Part shown: positions 35,488-48,595 of the stretch, one piece after another
How positions within the stretch are numbered: position 1 is the stretch's first letter
Layout: each line of letters begins with the position of its first letter
Assembly: GCA_035084275.1 (NCBI GenBank)
Contig: CM068771.1
Coordinates: forward strand, 1,178,001 to 1,242,000
DNA: 64,000 bases
Direction of reading: 5' to 3'
From: Hydrolagus colliei
Lineage: Eukaryota
The notes under the pieces: generated by a model
Seen by the model: the letters and a program-made list of their open reading frames with translations, nothing else
Databases searched by the model: none
Told to the model about the DNA's origin: nothing
Made by a program: the position numbers and the translations under genes

Positions 35488-35950
35488 AACTTTTGGCAAA
35501 TGTTCTATATTTCTCATTCAAACTGTATTTGTAAGCAAATAAACTATATGGGTGAGATTACCCAAGTGCTGCAATGATGTACTCCAAGATTCCTATTATT
35601 GTGAGCCAAGTTTGTTGGAGCAATTTGTCAATTGCTTCAATATTTCTCTGCCACTGTCCCGTCTCTCAGTTGGTAGTTATTCCTATGATATCTGAAGAAG
35701 GATAATATTGTGATGAGCACCCATCATGGATACTCAAAAAGAATTTAATACTGACCAAACTTAATGATTTATTCGGAATGCAACAGGAAGTGTAGTGCAT
35801 TTCAATGTCCAGAAAGGGTTTGCAAAATGTACATAGGAGAAGTTGCTGACCATGTGGAATCATAGCAGAGGAAACAGACAAATTAAATACTCTATAAAAA
35901 GAAAATTTAAGAAGTTGTGTATAAAAAACAAGAATAACAACTTGTATTTA

Positions 35951-36351
35951 TTAGTGTTCGGTGATTTTTCAATATATTGGTTACATCGATATAATTTTTC
36001 ATATCGATATGCCGATATTGGAAATTTAAATATATCAATATATCGTAAATATTGGTGTATTGTGTCCGGCGATATATCGATATATCAGTTATATCGGTAC
36101 AATGAGAACTTTTTCAACTTACCTTGTTGCCGGCATTGCAAACCTCCTGGGCCTAGAGCACGGAATGCGCGTGCATATCGGAATGCGTGCACACATCCGA
36201 ATGCGCGCACACACATCCAAATGTGCGCACACACCAGAATGCACATGCATGCGCAGTATGACACGCACACATAAATATCGATATATTGGTATATTCGATA
36301 CGAGCCCACCGATATATCGATATCAGAAAATGTCCATATCAATGGACCCTC
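35951..36351. mobile_element. Putative non-autonomous DNA transposon/MITE (hAT-like)
   Basis: Both ends are dense in ATCGATAT/CCGATAT motifs; degenerate terminal inverted repeats; central GCACAC..GAATGC repeats. Confidence 0.5.
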
Positions 36352-36759
36352 AGGATAGTAATAATAATAACCGTTATAATCGTTTTATTTGTTACAGCCC
36401 TTTTCACATCTTAGTGACGTCTCAAAGCGCTTCACAGATTATACTGTAAAGTGAATTTACTCTATATTTGTAGGCGAAACATGGCACTGACTGTGTGTTT
36501 CTGTTTGTGTCAGTTTGACTTTGTGTGTACGTGTGTCAGTTTGATTGCGTGCGTGTGTCGGTTCCTGTGGCTCAGTTTGAGTGTGTCTGTGTGCATGTTT
36601 GTGTCTGTTTGACTGTGTGTGCATGTTTGTGTCTGTTTGATTGTGTGTTTATGTTTCTGCTTGACTGTGTGTGTGTCTGTCTGGTTGACTGTATTTGGAT
36701 TTAACGAAGGTGCTTTTTAATACGCAGACAAACTTATAGCTAATGGAAAACATTACATT

Positions 36760-37400
36760 TGTACAGGGCCGTTCACGTCAGGAGGACATCCAAAGGCATT
36801 GGACATTTACTGCTTCAGAACCGAGCCAAGGACAGGGGGTAAGGGAATGGTGAATAAGGAGTTCCCAATCGCCAGAGCCTGGTGAGCGGATGGGGCCAGC
36901 AGGTTGGTTAGGGGATAGGAAGTCAAGGATATTTGGTGGGCGAGGTTGTGGGTGGCTTTAAAGTTGAGGTCTAGGTTCTTGAATTTGATCCTCTCGGTGA
37001 CGGGGAGGCAATGGAGTCTGGCAAGTTTGTTGGAGATGGGGTCACAAAGTTTGGAATGGTGAAGGACATGGGATGCAGAGTTCTGTATTATCTGCAGTCT
37101 GTGTAGGGGGGAATTGGGAAGGACGACCAGCTGCATATTTGCATAATTGAGCTTGGATGGGATGAAGACGTGGATGAGGGTTTCAGCGGCTTTGGTGGTG
37201 AGTTAGTGGCGGAGTTTGGTCAATGTTGTGGCGATGGGAAAAGGCAGTGCAAGTCATTGGTTGGATGTGGGGGAGGAAAGACAATTGAAGATCAAATAAG
37301 AGACCTAGGTTCCTGATTGGGTTAACGTGGTTAAGTGTGTTAAACAAAACATTTAAAACATGGAGGTTGATGCAGCCAGCGCCTGAGACAAAAACATAAC
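36760..37400 (-). mobile_element. L2 LINE 3' fragment
   Basis: Minus ORF 'LHRLQIIQNSA...LHCLPV.ERIKFK' is a typical L2 ORF2 C-terminus. Confidence 0.75.
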
Positions 37401-39367
37401 GGAATGCTGCCAATGCTGACAACAGAACAGCCAGACACTTTAGCAGGACTTCAAGAATCACTCGTGGAGGCAGATATTCTGATTTTGTATTCGTTAGCTT
37501 TACAAGCGAAAGCCAAAGCCCTGATGCCAAATAGTTGGAAACTTACAAGGTGGTACTCTCATACGTATTTAAATCATATCGGAGCATTGGCTTTATCAAT
37601 AGCAGTATAGAGCATGACGGAAACATATTACTTTAAACCTACACAAATGGCTGGTTAGGGTTCAGAATTGGACTGTTGTGTCCAATTCTGTGCACCATGC
37701 TTTCAGATGCATATATGAGCCTCAGAGATGTGAAAGGCGCTGCACAACTGTCATTTTGTTGGTGTTGTTGTTGGAGGGTGTGCAGTTGATAGATAGCAGA
37801 GCCAGCAAACTACAATGAGTCGGAGACACTAGGGAGGCTGGAGTTTTGATCCTTAGAGCACAGATGATTGAGGGGAGCTTGAGAACATCAGAATTTTCTG
37901 ATGAAAGAAGAACAATTCTGTCCAGTTCACTGTCCACCATCCAAGCAGTCACTGGGTGTTCGCCTCCCAAAAAGTGTGTTGAGCCACGCTATTCACCCAC
38001 ATATGTGCAGTTAGTTTAATCAATTCTATATCCTGTGAAGTGTGAATAGAGATGACTATTATTATTATTATTTTTGTTCTTTTTCAAAATATTGTAATGA
38101 GGCTTGTAGAGCCGGGAAACGTGCCCACGGTTTAACCATGTCTGGAGTCAAACCCATTTCTCTTTCTTGCAAGTGGAATGTTCTAGTAGTGAGTGACAGG
38201 ACTCCACAATTATACTGGACAAAATATTGGCCAGTGAGTATAGCTCACTGACCAACTTGGACAGTGAGTATAGTATCCCAGTATAATTTATGCCTCCCCA
38301 CACAACAACATTCAGTTTCCAACTCATCAAACGTAACTTAGAAACTTATTTCCTAAACTACAATATATTCTAAGCTATATTAAATCCAACAGCTTCCCGT
38401 ATCAGGCATTGGGATTCTAAGTGTTCATTTAGATTTGTGGTCCTGCGGTAAAGGAAGGACTGACAGAAATGATTTGCACACCTGGAACAATTTATAAATT
38501 CATATGAGCAGTATTTCCTACTAGTTAACAAATTACATTACAGTAATGCTTACGTATCTACCTACAGTTCACAATGATATAAGTGATATAAGCAACTTCT
38601 GCAGAAGAGATAGGAGAGAAATATACAATTCCATGTCCATTTTAACATGTCCTTTTTGGGCTACATAAAACATATCCAATTATTTTGCTACTTTTCTCAG
38701 TTTAATCAGCCCAAATTATCCAGATAATATCCCTTGTCCAATTTTATGGCAGCAAATCCAATTCAATTATTTATTCTTTCCAATTCTATTTTTTTTCTCT
38801 CAATTAATTCGGTGACTCTCTTTCCAAATCAGTATCATTTATAAATTTTCACAAGCAAATGTCACCTCTTATTTATTTCAAGTTGACTAGTTTGTGGGAT
38901 AACTAGAGCTCCTTCCACCTGCAAACCACAATTCGCTTGATAACGGATAAAAACTGCTAACAGTTTGTTATTTCCAAATGGTCGTTTGCTTCTTCTGCAA
39001 AGCTTGTCACAAACAGCTCCCCTTAATCTTAGCTAAGATTGATCAGAAAAATAATCATTTCAAATATAACTTGAAATATAATTTATCATATTAATTACAG
39101 CGTCCTATGGATTTGTCTTCTTATATGAATAGTACATAAAACCTTAGGTTGCTCAGACATTTTTAGTTCTATTGTTCATCAATGATCCGATTTGAGTGAA
39201 ATATATCTAACGGCACAATATCTCTGGTCAAACAATGCCAGGCATTTTCCAACAGCTTTCTGTTCAATATAAAAAATTATTATTTTAAACATATGCCGTA
39301 AAATTTCTAAGATAGCGCAGAACTTTGTATGAGTGTAATGTTGTGAAGACCAAAGAGAGCAACACAG

Positions 39368-40272
39368 CTAAACATGGAAAGGAGAGTGGGCCAGTAAGCG
39401 AGTGATGGGGTAAATGAAGATGGATTTCAGGCTCTGCCTGAATTGGGTCTGGGTCACACCATAGATGACGGTGTTGGAGCAGGAGCTGAGAAACTGCAGC
39501 ATGTAACCCACATGCTCAGCGATGGTGAAAGGGCTGCTGTAGTCAGACTGCATGAGTTTGGCCTTTGTCATCAGCGCACACATGTAGGTGACCAAGTAGG
39601 TCAACCACAGTAACACGAAGGTCCCCGAGATGGTAAAGAGCAAGATTAGAGATTTCTGCCGACTCTCCATCTCCTCGTCCTTCAACGTCACTGATCCCCG
39701 CAGACGCTGGCGCACAGCGCTGGCCATTAGAACATGCCTGATGGTCAGAGAGTTGAAGAGGAGAATGACGATGAAGGGAAGCATTGGATTTACAATCATA
39801 TGAATCAAGTAAAATGACCTCCCGCCAATCGTATTATAAGAGCTGGGCTTGATGCTGCAGAACCAGGGCTGCCCATTGATCACCATCAGCGGTTGGTACA
39901 TAAAATACATGGGGATATTTATTGCGCTTAAAAATGCACAGATTGTCCAGATCACCAGGCCCGCTGTCCTCTCGGTGCAGTATTTGGGTTTGAGCTTTGG
40001 GCAGCAGATGGCAATGAAGCGGTCGAAGGTGAACGCCATGGTCAGCCAGACAGAAGTATCAATTACGAAGAAGCGCAGTACAATGTGTACTCGGCACACG
40101 GGGGTCTGGAACAAAACAAAGTGCGGCAGGTGGAGCTGAAATGTCTTCCTCAGGATCACACCAATGAATATGACCAGCAGATCAGCAACAGCCATTGCGA
40201 CCAGGTAGCGGGTGACACATTTGGAGAGTCCACACTTTCCCTGGGCCAGGACCACAATGGTCACCGCGATCG
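39368..40272 (-). CDS. GPR139-like GPCR g3, coding exon 2 (spliced 321 aa)
   Basis: Acceptor tttcctgcag|CG ATC GCG; 905-nt open exon with DRF-IAICCP and SSCSNTVIY. Confidence 0.92.
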
Positions 40273-41039
40273 CTGCAGGAAAGTCACAAACACAATCATA
40301 GAATTCACTATCTAAAGATTGATTGTGCCAGGCAGCAAACTATAATAATATTCTGTGCATTTGCTGGGTGCTTATCGCTTCGATCATACATTTCAAACAG
40401 ATGCATTTCACAGAATAGACAGAGAATATTACATACACGTTTGCAGCACAAAAGGCCATTCAGCCCTTTGTAACTGTGCTAGTTATTCTTTTAAATGAAA
40501 TGTCAGTCCATATTGTGGATGTATAGGAAGTAATTGCACATGTCAATGTCCCAATAACTACCATGTTTCTAGTTATCAATTCATTTTTAGAAGCATTGTT
40601 CTCTCTGGAAAGAAAGCAACAAATTGACTAACCTTCGAGCTACAATTTATCGCAATGTATAAAGAGCATGTGGTGTAAGGAAACACAGCTAAGCCATAGC
40701 TCTGCACACAAAACAAACCAGTTAAGTTTGTATCCAAGTGAGCTTTGTAAGCACAATTACTCACTGTCCGTCACTCGCTTCCTCTCCGGCTTTGCTCCAG
40801 AAATGTCATGACCACAATTCCCTCTGCCTACGCTTTGGATTGTCTCACACATTCTCAATGCGCATGGGCTGACGATGCCTCACTGATTGCTCTTCTCCGA
40901 TTCTCGGCTTGAGCATGTGTCTGCAGCACCAGACCCAATCGCAAACACTACTTATCCTTTCCTATTCCATGTACTTTGTTGCTAAAATTCAAGTCAATAT
41001 CTCCTAACAACTTCTGCAGCTTCTCACTCTCTGGTATTC

Positions 41040-41645
41040 ACAACAGCCCTATGCCCTGCTCCACACTTATATTACCTCTCGGCTGGACTATTCCAATGGC
41101 CTCCTCATCGGTCTCCCCTCCTCCACAAGCCACAGAGTTCAGTTCATTCAGAACATTGCCGCCCGGGATCTCACCCGCACCAATCTTTGCTCCCCCATTA
41201 CCTCAGTCCTCGACAGGCTTCACTGGTTCCCTATCCCAGAGAGAATCAACTTAAAAACTCTCACCCTTGTCGTCAAATCCCTCCACACCTCTGCACTCCC
41301 CTACCTCTCTGACCTCTTCTCTCCTTAAACCAGCACCCGCTGGTCTGCCTTCGCTCCTCTGGGTCTGGCCTCCTCCAGGTCCCCCGAATCCTCCACCCCA
41401 CCCTCGGCGGCCATGAATTCAGCCACTATGCCCCGAGTCTCTTCAATTTCCTTTGTGAATAACTTCGCCTCACCCACTCTCTTCTCAGTTTCAGGTCCCA
41501 GCTGAAGACCTTTCACTTTGACCGTGCCTTTGGTCACCTTTCTACCTCTGCCCCTGGCTCTGTCCCAGATTCCGCTATTGCGAAGCACTCTGAGACGCCG
41601 TCTGGCTTGTAGGGCGCAATATAAACGAATGTTGTTGTTGTTGTT
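41040..41645 (+). mobile_element. L2 LINE 3' end inserted in g3 intron
   Basis: L2 C-terminal block and (TTG)n tail; absent at the homologous spot of the g4 intron (about 48945). Confidence 0.75.
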
Positions 41646-42208
41646 CCCTCCTTGGAGTCCTGCAGTGAATTTATTTTGGAAAACGCTGCTGTTGTCCATC
41701 AGCGGCCATCATGTTTCACCCCATCTTCAGTTTCCACCACTTTCCTCTCCGACATCTCCAATCTACTGTCCTCCTTCTGCCTGCTGTTCTGAACTCCTCA
41801 TAATCTTGCGTGACTTTAACCACACCTCCCTTGCATTCGGTCATCCTTGACACCCTAGCCCCTGTGAGCTCCCGCACCACTACACACTGATACATGCAAC
41901 ACTGGTACAGCAGCCAAATCCACTCCCTCACATCTCAGGTGCTCTCTGTATACCATTCCATTTAAAGCCTTCCTTGGCTGTGCAAATTCATGGATTTGTT
42001 GTCGCTTCCCAAAATTGCCTTTCCTCTCGCAAGTTCACCCGAAAACCCCTTCAGATTTGGGTTTTGTATTCTCTAACATTAGAGTCAGCTCTGGTCAAGG
42101 TAAATAAAATGACAATCTGTACAACTACGACCATGGCCCGTCTCTGACGTCGCAACCACTGGTCTCTTTCCATTACATTGACCACTCTATTCTTCTTCAT
42201 GCACCACT

Positions 42209-42607
42209 NNNNNNNNNNNNNNNNNNNNNNNNNNNNNNNNNNNNNNNNNNNNNNNNNNNNNNNNNNNNNNNNNNNNNNNNNNNNNNNNNNNNNNNNNNNN
42301 NNNNNNNNNNNNNNNNNNNNNNNNNNNNNNNNNNNNNNNNNNNNNNNNNNNNNNNNNNNNNNNNNNNNNNNNNNNNNNNNNNNNNNNNNNNNNNNNNNNN
42401 NNNNNNNNNNNNNNNNNNNNNNNNNNNNNNNNNNNNNNNNNNNNNNNNNNNNNNNNNNNNNNNNNNNNNNNNNNNNNNNNNNNNNNNNNNNNNNNNNNNN
42501 NNNNNNNNNNNNNNNNNNNNNNNNNNNNNNNNNNNNNNNNNNNNNNNNNNNNNNNNNNNNNNNNNNNNNNNNNNNNNNNNNNNNNNNNNNNNNNNNNNNN
42601 NNNNNNN
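42209..42607. other. Assembly gap (N run)
   Basis: Run of n inside the g3 intron. Confidence 1.
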
Positions 42608-43810
42608 CATCGCACTTTGGAGACCTGGGAATAATTCACGGAATGGCAAAATCTAGGGCAGATTCTTTCATCCACACCCCTGAAATGATGCCTCTGAAAT
42701 AATCAAGAAAAGATTGGTCAATTCAACCCACCAGTATTCGTGGAAAACTGCTGTGTGAAATTCGATGCCGTATTTTGCCAATCATACAAGCAGCAGTCAA
42801 TTCACTTTATAGTATATACTTTGTAGAACTTCGAGTCGAATATAAGACAGTAAAACCGCTATGTAAAATGCAAATATTTTGATTATTATTGTATATACAG
42901 CCAAAAAGATCGGTTATCCTCTATGTCTCCACCATATTCAAACTTGAAGTTCTTTCCAATTAACTGATTAATTCCCTCTGGATCATTCATACTGGTAATG
43001 AGTATTATGACATACAAATAAAAATAGTTCTAGTCCTTGCAATTAATTAAACGTATATTTTTATAGCAAATTCGGCAGCCAATTGATATAGAAGTGACAT
43101 ATACGAATCTGAAGATTGAGGGAAGACATTTTTTGGTTTGTTATTTTTGAAGGAAAGATTATTCCCAGAAAAGCGATCCATGAGTCAAATAGCAGCCAGG
43201 TTCTTACCAACTGATGTTGCAAATAGAGGTGTGAGGAGTGAGGAAAAATTCTCAACATTTTGCCTTGACTGGGAATCGAGCACAGGTCCTCCGCTTGCGA
43301 GGAATGCTCTAACCACAAAGCTACAGGACTTCATCACCTGCTCCTGCATTGCTCATTCTAAACACTCTTGTCTCTATTTGAAAAGTAATTCAATGTAGAA
43401 GGTCAGACTACATCCATTCTGCTGATCTTACCATCCAGGGCAGTTGCAGAGCGTGTGGTCTTGTCAATTATGAAATACTGTTGCATCTGTCAGAGAATCT
43501 ACTCAGAACTCAGCTGCGAAATTACAGTTATGTGTCGACTTGCCATTCACAGTACCTTGTGGAATATATAGATATGGTTACTGAGAGAAGGAAACCAAAA
43601 TTGGATATTTCATTTTCTGGTAAAATTCTACTTGTTGATGTTCCTCTTATGCTGTCATTCAAGTTTCTTTACTTGACTTGAAACTTATCATCTTCACACT
43701 GGTGAACAGAGAAGTTTACTTCCTAGGAAAAAGAACCACCATTGTCGGTTACGCACTTGCTAGTGTTCAGTTGTGCACACTGCATAACTGAACCTCCTTC
43801 AACAACATAC

Positions 43811-43871
43811 CAGGAAAGCCAATGATTCCCAGCGTAGGGTAAAACACCTTTTCTAGTTCTATTATTCCCAT
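43811..43871 (-). CDS. GPCR g3, coding exon 1
   Basis: MGIIELEKVFYPTLGIIGFP followed by G|GTATGT phase-1 donor. Confidence 0.87.
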
Positions 43872-43957
43872 CGTTGTCAAAGTTGTATTGATTTCTGCTG
43901 AGACGGTTCTGCGGCTGAAGGATGTGAACCTACTCCCATCCGTTCAGAACTTCCCCC

Positions 43958-44030
43958 TTTTATACCTGGGAGTCAGCTCTGCAGGGACTTTTATTGTTCA
44001 AGTAATAAATTAGTGGAAGAAACAACTGAG
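43958..44030 (-). promoter_or_regulatory. Conserved proximal promoter of g3 (TATAAAA, GCTGACTC, C/EBP-like and CAACTG motifs)
   Basis: Same motif order upstream of g4 (about 50291-50365) and g7 (about 60914-60986). Confidence 0.6.
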
Positions 44031-46670
44031 ACAAAGTGGCTCACGCCATTTTATACCAAATGCATTTTTTGCGGACAGTAAAAAAAAACATAACAAATGA
44101 AAGCTTATTACAAAATTTTGGTCATGGCTGTGAATTTTGTAATCAATGTTTTTGAACAAAAAAGTCAATGGAAGAGAGAAAACAGAAAGAAGTGTCTGTG
44201 GATAACAACCCCTTAATTTAGGACTGGTCTCCTAATTCAGAACTGTTGATAGGACGCTGCTGTGCACAATTGGCCGGCACGTCTTTTCCTAACAAATACA
44301 CAGTCAGGAAACTTTACAGTGGATTCTGTGAAGCTTTGGTGAATGTCACTGCGCAGCAGGGCCTCGGATTTGACTCCCACAAACTTCTGCATACCTTGGG
44401 CGGTGACATATCACCCTCCTCCATGGATAATAATACAGAGCTAATACAGAAGCTCAGTGACATGCGTGAACTCAGATGTCCTTCATATCCTGCATTCATT
44501 GCAAGGCCCACTCAACATTTCACCAAGTCTGCAATGTTCCTTAACTGGGCCACTGTCTGAAAGGACAGGCTGGAATTATTCTCATACAGCAAAACCAATG
44601 ACAAAATACAACCATTGATAATGCAGCTTCAACCACTTCTAGCCCTTCCCCATTTTTCCCTTCATAGATCGCAGATTATCCAATAAATTGCAGCCAATAT
44701 TCTCTCCTGCAACAAATTCCGTGACCCTATCCTCACACGATTTCTTAAGGCATTGAACAGTCAGGGCACGGGGACCCGAGCCGGGGTGTATGGGTGGTTG
44801 GAGGCAGGGATGGGATGTGGTTGGGCCGAGAGTTAGCATGCAAACTGAAGGCATGGACTAAGAGGAGGTCCTTGAGACAGGCCTTGAAAGTGGCAAGGTT
44901 GACAGCAATGTGACGGGATTGCAGGATGGAGGCTGCTGAAAATAGGGTGTGTTGTGCAGGAGACATGGAGCAGACCAGATCCTGCTAAATGGAGAGAGTG
45001 TATGGATTGTTAAGGGGCGAGTAGGTCAGAGAGATAGGAGGAGGAAAGGCCATGGAGTGGCTTCAAAGTGAGGACAAGGATCTTACAGTTGATCCTCAGC
45101 CAGTGGAGGGTTTTCCAAGTTTCCTCAGAGTCACCTGACTACATCCGAATCTGGAATTCATCCCACAATGATACGAACTTCTTCATTGCTTTCCCGCACA
45201 ACTCTCTACTCACCACTCACAATGAATTTATTCAACACACTATCCAAACTGCTTGACCTCACAAAAGTTAACCTGGTATACCAGGAATCCTCATTCAACC
45301 TATAGTGATGTGCCATCTGGCTCAAATGACAATTAATGGATGGACCTCATAAAAATGTCCCACTCCGTTAAATCCTGTTACAAGTCCAACACTATATTGT
45401 ATATAAAGGACAAGACCAGACTCCTCTTTTACCTTACTATCCAGCTTCACTGTCTACTCTCTGATGCCTTGCCTATGCTCTCTTATAATACCAACCACAA
45501 AGGCATGCCTTTTTCCTGGAAACCCAAATTAGCTTATAGCTTAAATGCCTCTGCAATTGAAAATACTGTACCTAACTCTAACTCGCGCTCAGATGACGGA
45601 TTTTATCCATTCCTCTGCATGGTATTCCTGTAGCTTAGAGGTTAGAAAACTCAATTTAAAAGTGTGAGACCTGTGTTCAAATCCAGGCAGATTATGTCGA
45701 AAGAAAACACAAAATACTACAAATAATGGGAATCTGAAACAAAAACAGAAGTTGCTGGGGAAACTCAGCAGCTCAGGCAGCATCCGTGGAGAAAGGAAAA
45801 GGAGTCAATGCAGATGATGTCGAAACCTTGGGCAATTTTCCATACTTCACACACCTAATAGTAATCCCTCCAAAAAAGAACACAATAGGAATAAGAAAGA
45901 TCATTTGAATCCACGCATGTTTGTGGGACACTGCTGTGAGTAACTGGCTGCCGTATTTCACCCACAAGTACAGACAATTTACAGTATATTTTGTGAAGCG
46001 CTTAATACCTCATCCCAAAGAAGACGTAAATAGCACTACATCTTACTCAAGGATTATTATGTTATCTTCATAGATTAAAGCATGTCTCCCCCTCCTACCT
46101 CAACATTATTACAACACACATTACCCCCTCTTTAGCTGTCACCTTCACCTCCTTGTCCATCTTCTCACAAACAGCATCTACATAACCCTGACCATGGGCA
46201 ATGTTCTGAGCCAGTGAGGCTTCCCTGTGCCAACTCCGCTGTTATTTGTGATTGTAACTCTTGTCTCTGCAAGATACAGATTATTCAGTATTCTGCAGCC
46301 TGTGTGTTTTGTCGCATGAAGCTCGGTGACCCAACCAGACCCACACTCGCCAGGCTTCACTGCCTCTGATCCCCTATTGGATTGTACTTCCAGACTATCC
46401 AAACTGCTGAAAATGAACAGTTTACTTGCGGCACCTTACTGATGCTTGTTCTTATGTTACAATACATAAAACCTCAGGTTGCTCCGATGTCTTTAGTTTT
46501 ATTGAATATCAAAGATCTGCTTTGAGTGAAGGATATGTAACAGCACAAAATCTCCTGTCAACCAATACCAGGCCTTTTCAACCAGCATTTTGTTCAATAT
46601 CAAAATAATTAGTTTAATGATACACTGTACAATTTCTAGGATAGTGTAGATCTGTGCCCGAAGACCAAAG

Positions 46671-47575
46671 CTACACATGGTTATGTAAGTGGCTCAGTAA
46701 ACAAGTGATGGGGTAAATGAAGATGGATTTCAGGCGCTGCCTGAATTGGGTCTGGGTCACACCATAGATGACGGTGTTGGAGCAGGAGCTGAGGAACTGT
46801 AGCATGTAACCCACATGCTCAGCGATGGTGAAAGGGCTGCTGTAGTCAGACTGTAGGAGTTTGGCCTCTGTCATCAGCGCACACATGAAGGTGACCAAGT
46901 AGGTCAACCACAGCAACACAAAGGTCCCCGAGATGGTAAAGAGCAAGATTAGAGATTTCTGCCGACTCTCCATCTCCTTGTCCTTCAACGTCACTGATCC
47001 CCGCAGACGCTGGCGCACAGCGCTGGCCACTAGAACCTGCCTGATGGTCAGAGAGTTGAAGAGGAGAATGACGATGAAAGGAAGCATTGGATTTACAATC
47101 ATATGAATCAAGTAAAATGACCTCCCGCCAATCGTATTATAAGAGCTGGGCTTGATGCTGCAGAACCAGGGCTGCCCATTGATCACCATCAGCGGTTGGT
47201 AGATAAAATACATTGGGATATTTTGTGCACTTAAAAATGCACAGATTGTCCAGATCACCAGGCCCGCTGTCCTCTCGGTGCAGTATTTGGGTTTGAGCTT
47301 TGGGCAGCAGATGGCAATGAAGCGGTCAAAGGTGAAGGCCATGGTCAGCCAGACAGAAGTATCAAGGACGAAGAAGCGCAGCATAAGGTGCACACGGCAC
47401 ACGGGGGTCTGGAACAAAACAAAGTACGGCAGGTGGAGCTGAAATGTCTTCCTCAGGATCACACCAATGAATATGACCAGCAGATCAGCAACAGCCATAG
47501 CGACCAGGTAGCGGTTGACGCATTTGGAGAGTCCACACTTTCCCTGGGCCAGGACCAAAATGGTCACCGCGATCG
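46671..47575 (-). CDS. GPR139-like GPCR g4, coding exon 2 (spliced 322 aa)
   Basis: Acceptor tttcatgcag|CG; 905-nt open exon, close paralog of g3. Confidence 0.92.
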
Positions 47576-48361
47576 CTGCATGAAAGTCATAAACACAATC
47601 ATAGATTTCAATATCTCACATTTGATTGTGCCTGGCAGCAAACTATAATAATATTCTGTGCATTTGCTTAGTTCATATCACTTCGATGACACATTTCAAA
47701 AGATGCATTTCACAGAGTGTTCAGAGAGCATTAGACACACGCTCACAGCACAGAATAATAATATAATAATACTTGCATTGAAATAGTGCTGCCCACATTT
47801 TATCGAGGTCTGAAAGCGCTTCATAGTATACAATAGCATCCCAAGGTAGGGACCAGAGCAGGGAAGAGTGGTCGAGATAGGCAGAAGAAAACTAGAGAGG
47901 AACGGGAGGAGAAGCGGTAGGTTCCAGAGCAGGGGGGGGGGGGTGGGCGAGAGGACGGTATAGTGGGAAGAAGAGCACATAATCTGACTGAGTAGGTGTG
48001 GGAGAAACGTCGCAGCCAAATTGCACACAGCAGTTTCACCCAAAATCGTCACGGAAGTGGGGTTAGGGGAGAAAGGAAGAAGGGAGAAGGCCATTCATCC
48101 TATTGTAGCTGTGCGAGGTATTCTGTATAGTGAAATGTATATTGTGGATTTAGAAGCAGTAATTGCACAAATCAATGTCCCACAAACTGCCATATAACCA
48201 GCTATAATTACATTTTTAGAAGGATTGTTATCTCTGGAAAGAAAGTAAGAAATTGACGAACTTTCGAGCTCCAATTTATTGCGATGTATAAAGAAGCATT
48301 TGGTGTCAAGTAATATCACTAAGCCATTGCTCACGCAAATCAAACCAGGTCATTTCATTTT

Positions 48362-48595
48362 AAAAAAACCAGAAGTTGCTGGGAAAACTCAGCAGGTCAG
48401 GCAGCATTGATGGAGAAAGAAAAGTGAGTCAACGTTTCGGTACACATCACAAGTCAGTTCTGATGAATGGTCGTGGACCCGAAACATTGACTCACTTTCC
48501 TTTCTCCATAGATGCTGCCTGACCTGCTGAATTTTCCCAGCAACTTCTGTTTTTGTTTCGGATTTCCAGCATTTGGAGTATTTTGTGTTTTGTGT
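48362..48595. repeat. Fold-back (long inverted repeat) element, Penelope-associated type; half copies near 15360 and 45720
   Basis: Arms 48370-48440 and 48479-48549 are near-perfect reverse complements; absent from the g3 and g5 introns. Confidence 0.75.

Noticed and set aside
42178-42702. Long ORFs spanning the N gap
   Set aside because: Artefacts of undetermined bases
43877-43939. 20-codon uORF ahead of g3
   Set aside because: The ATG is only about 20 nt from the TATA box, probably at or upstream of the TSS, and is TTG in g7
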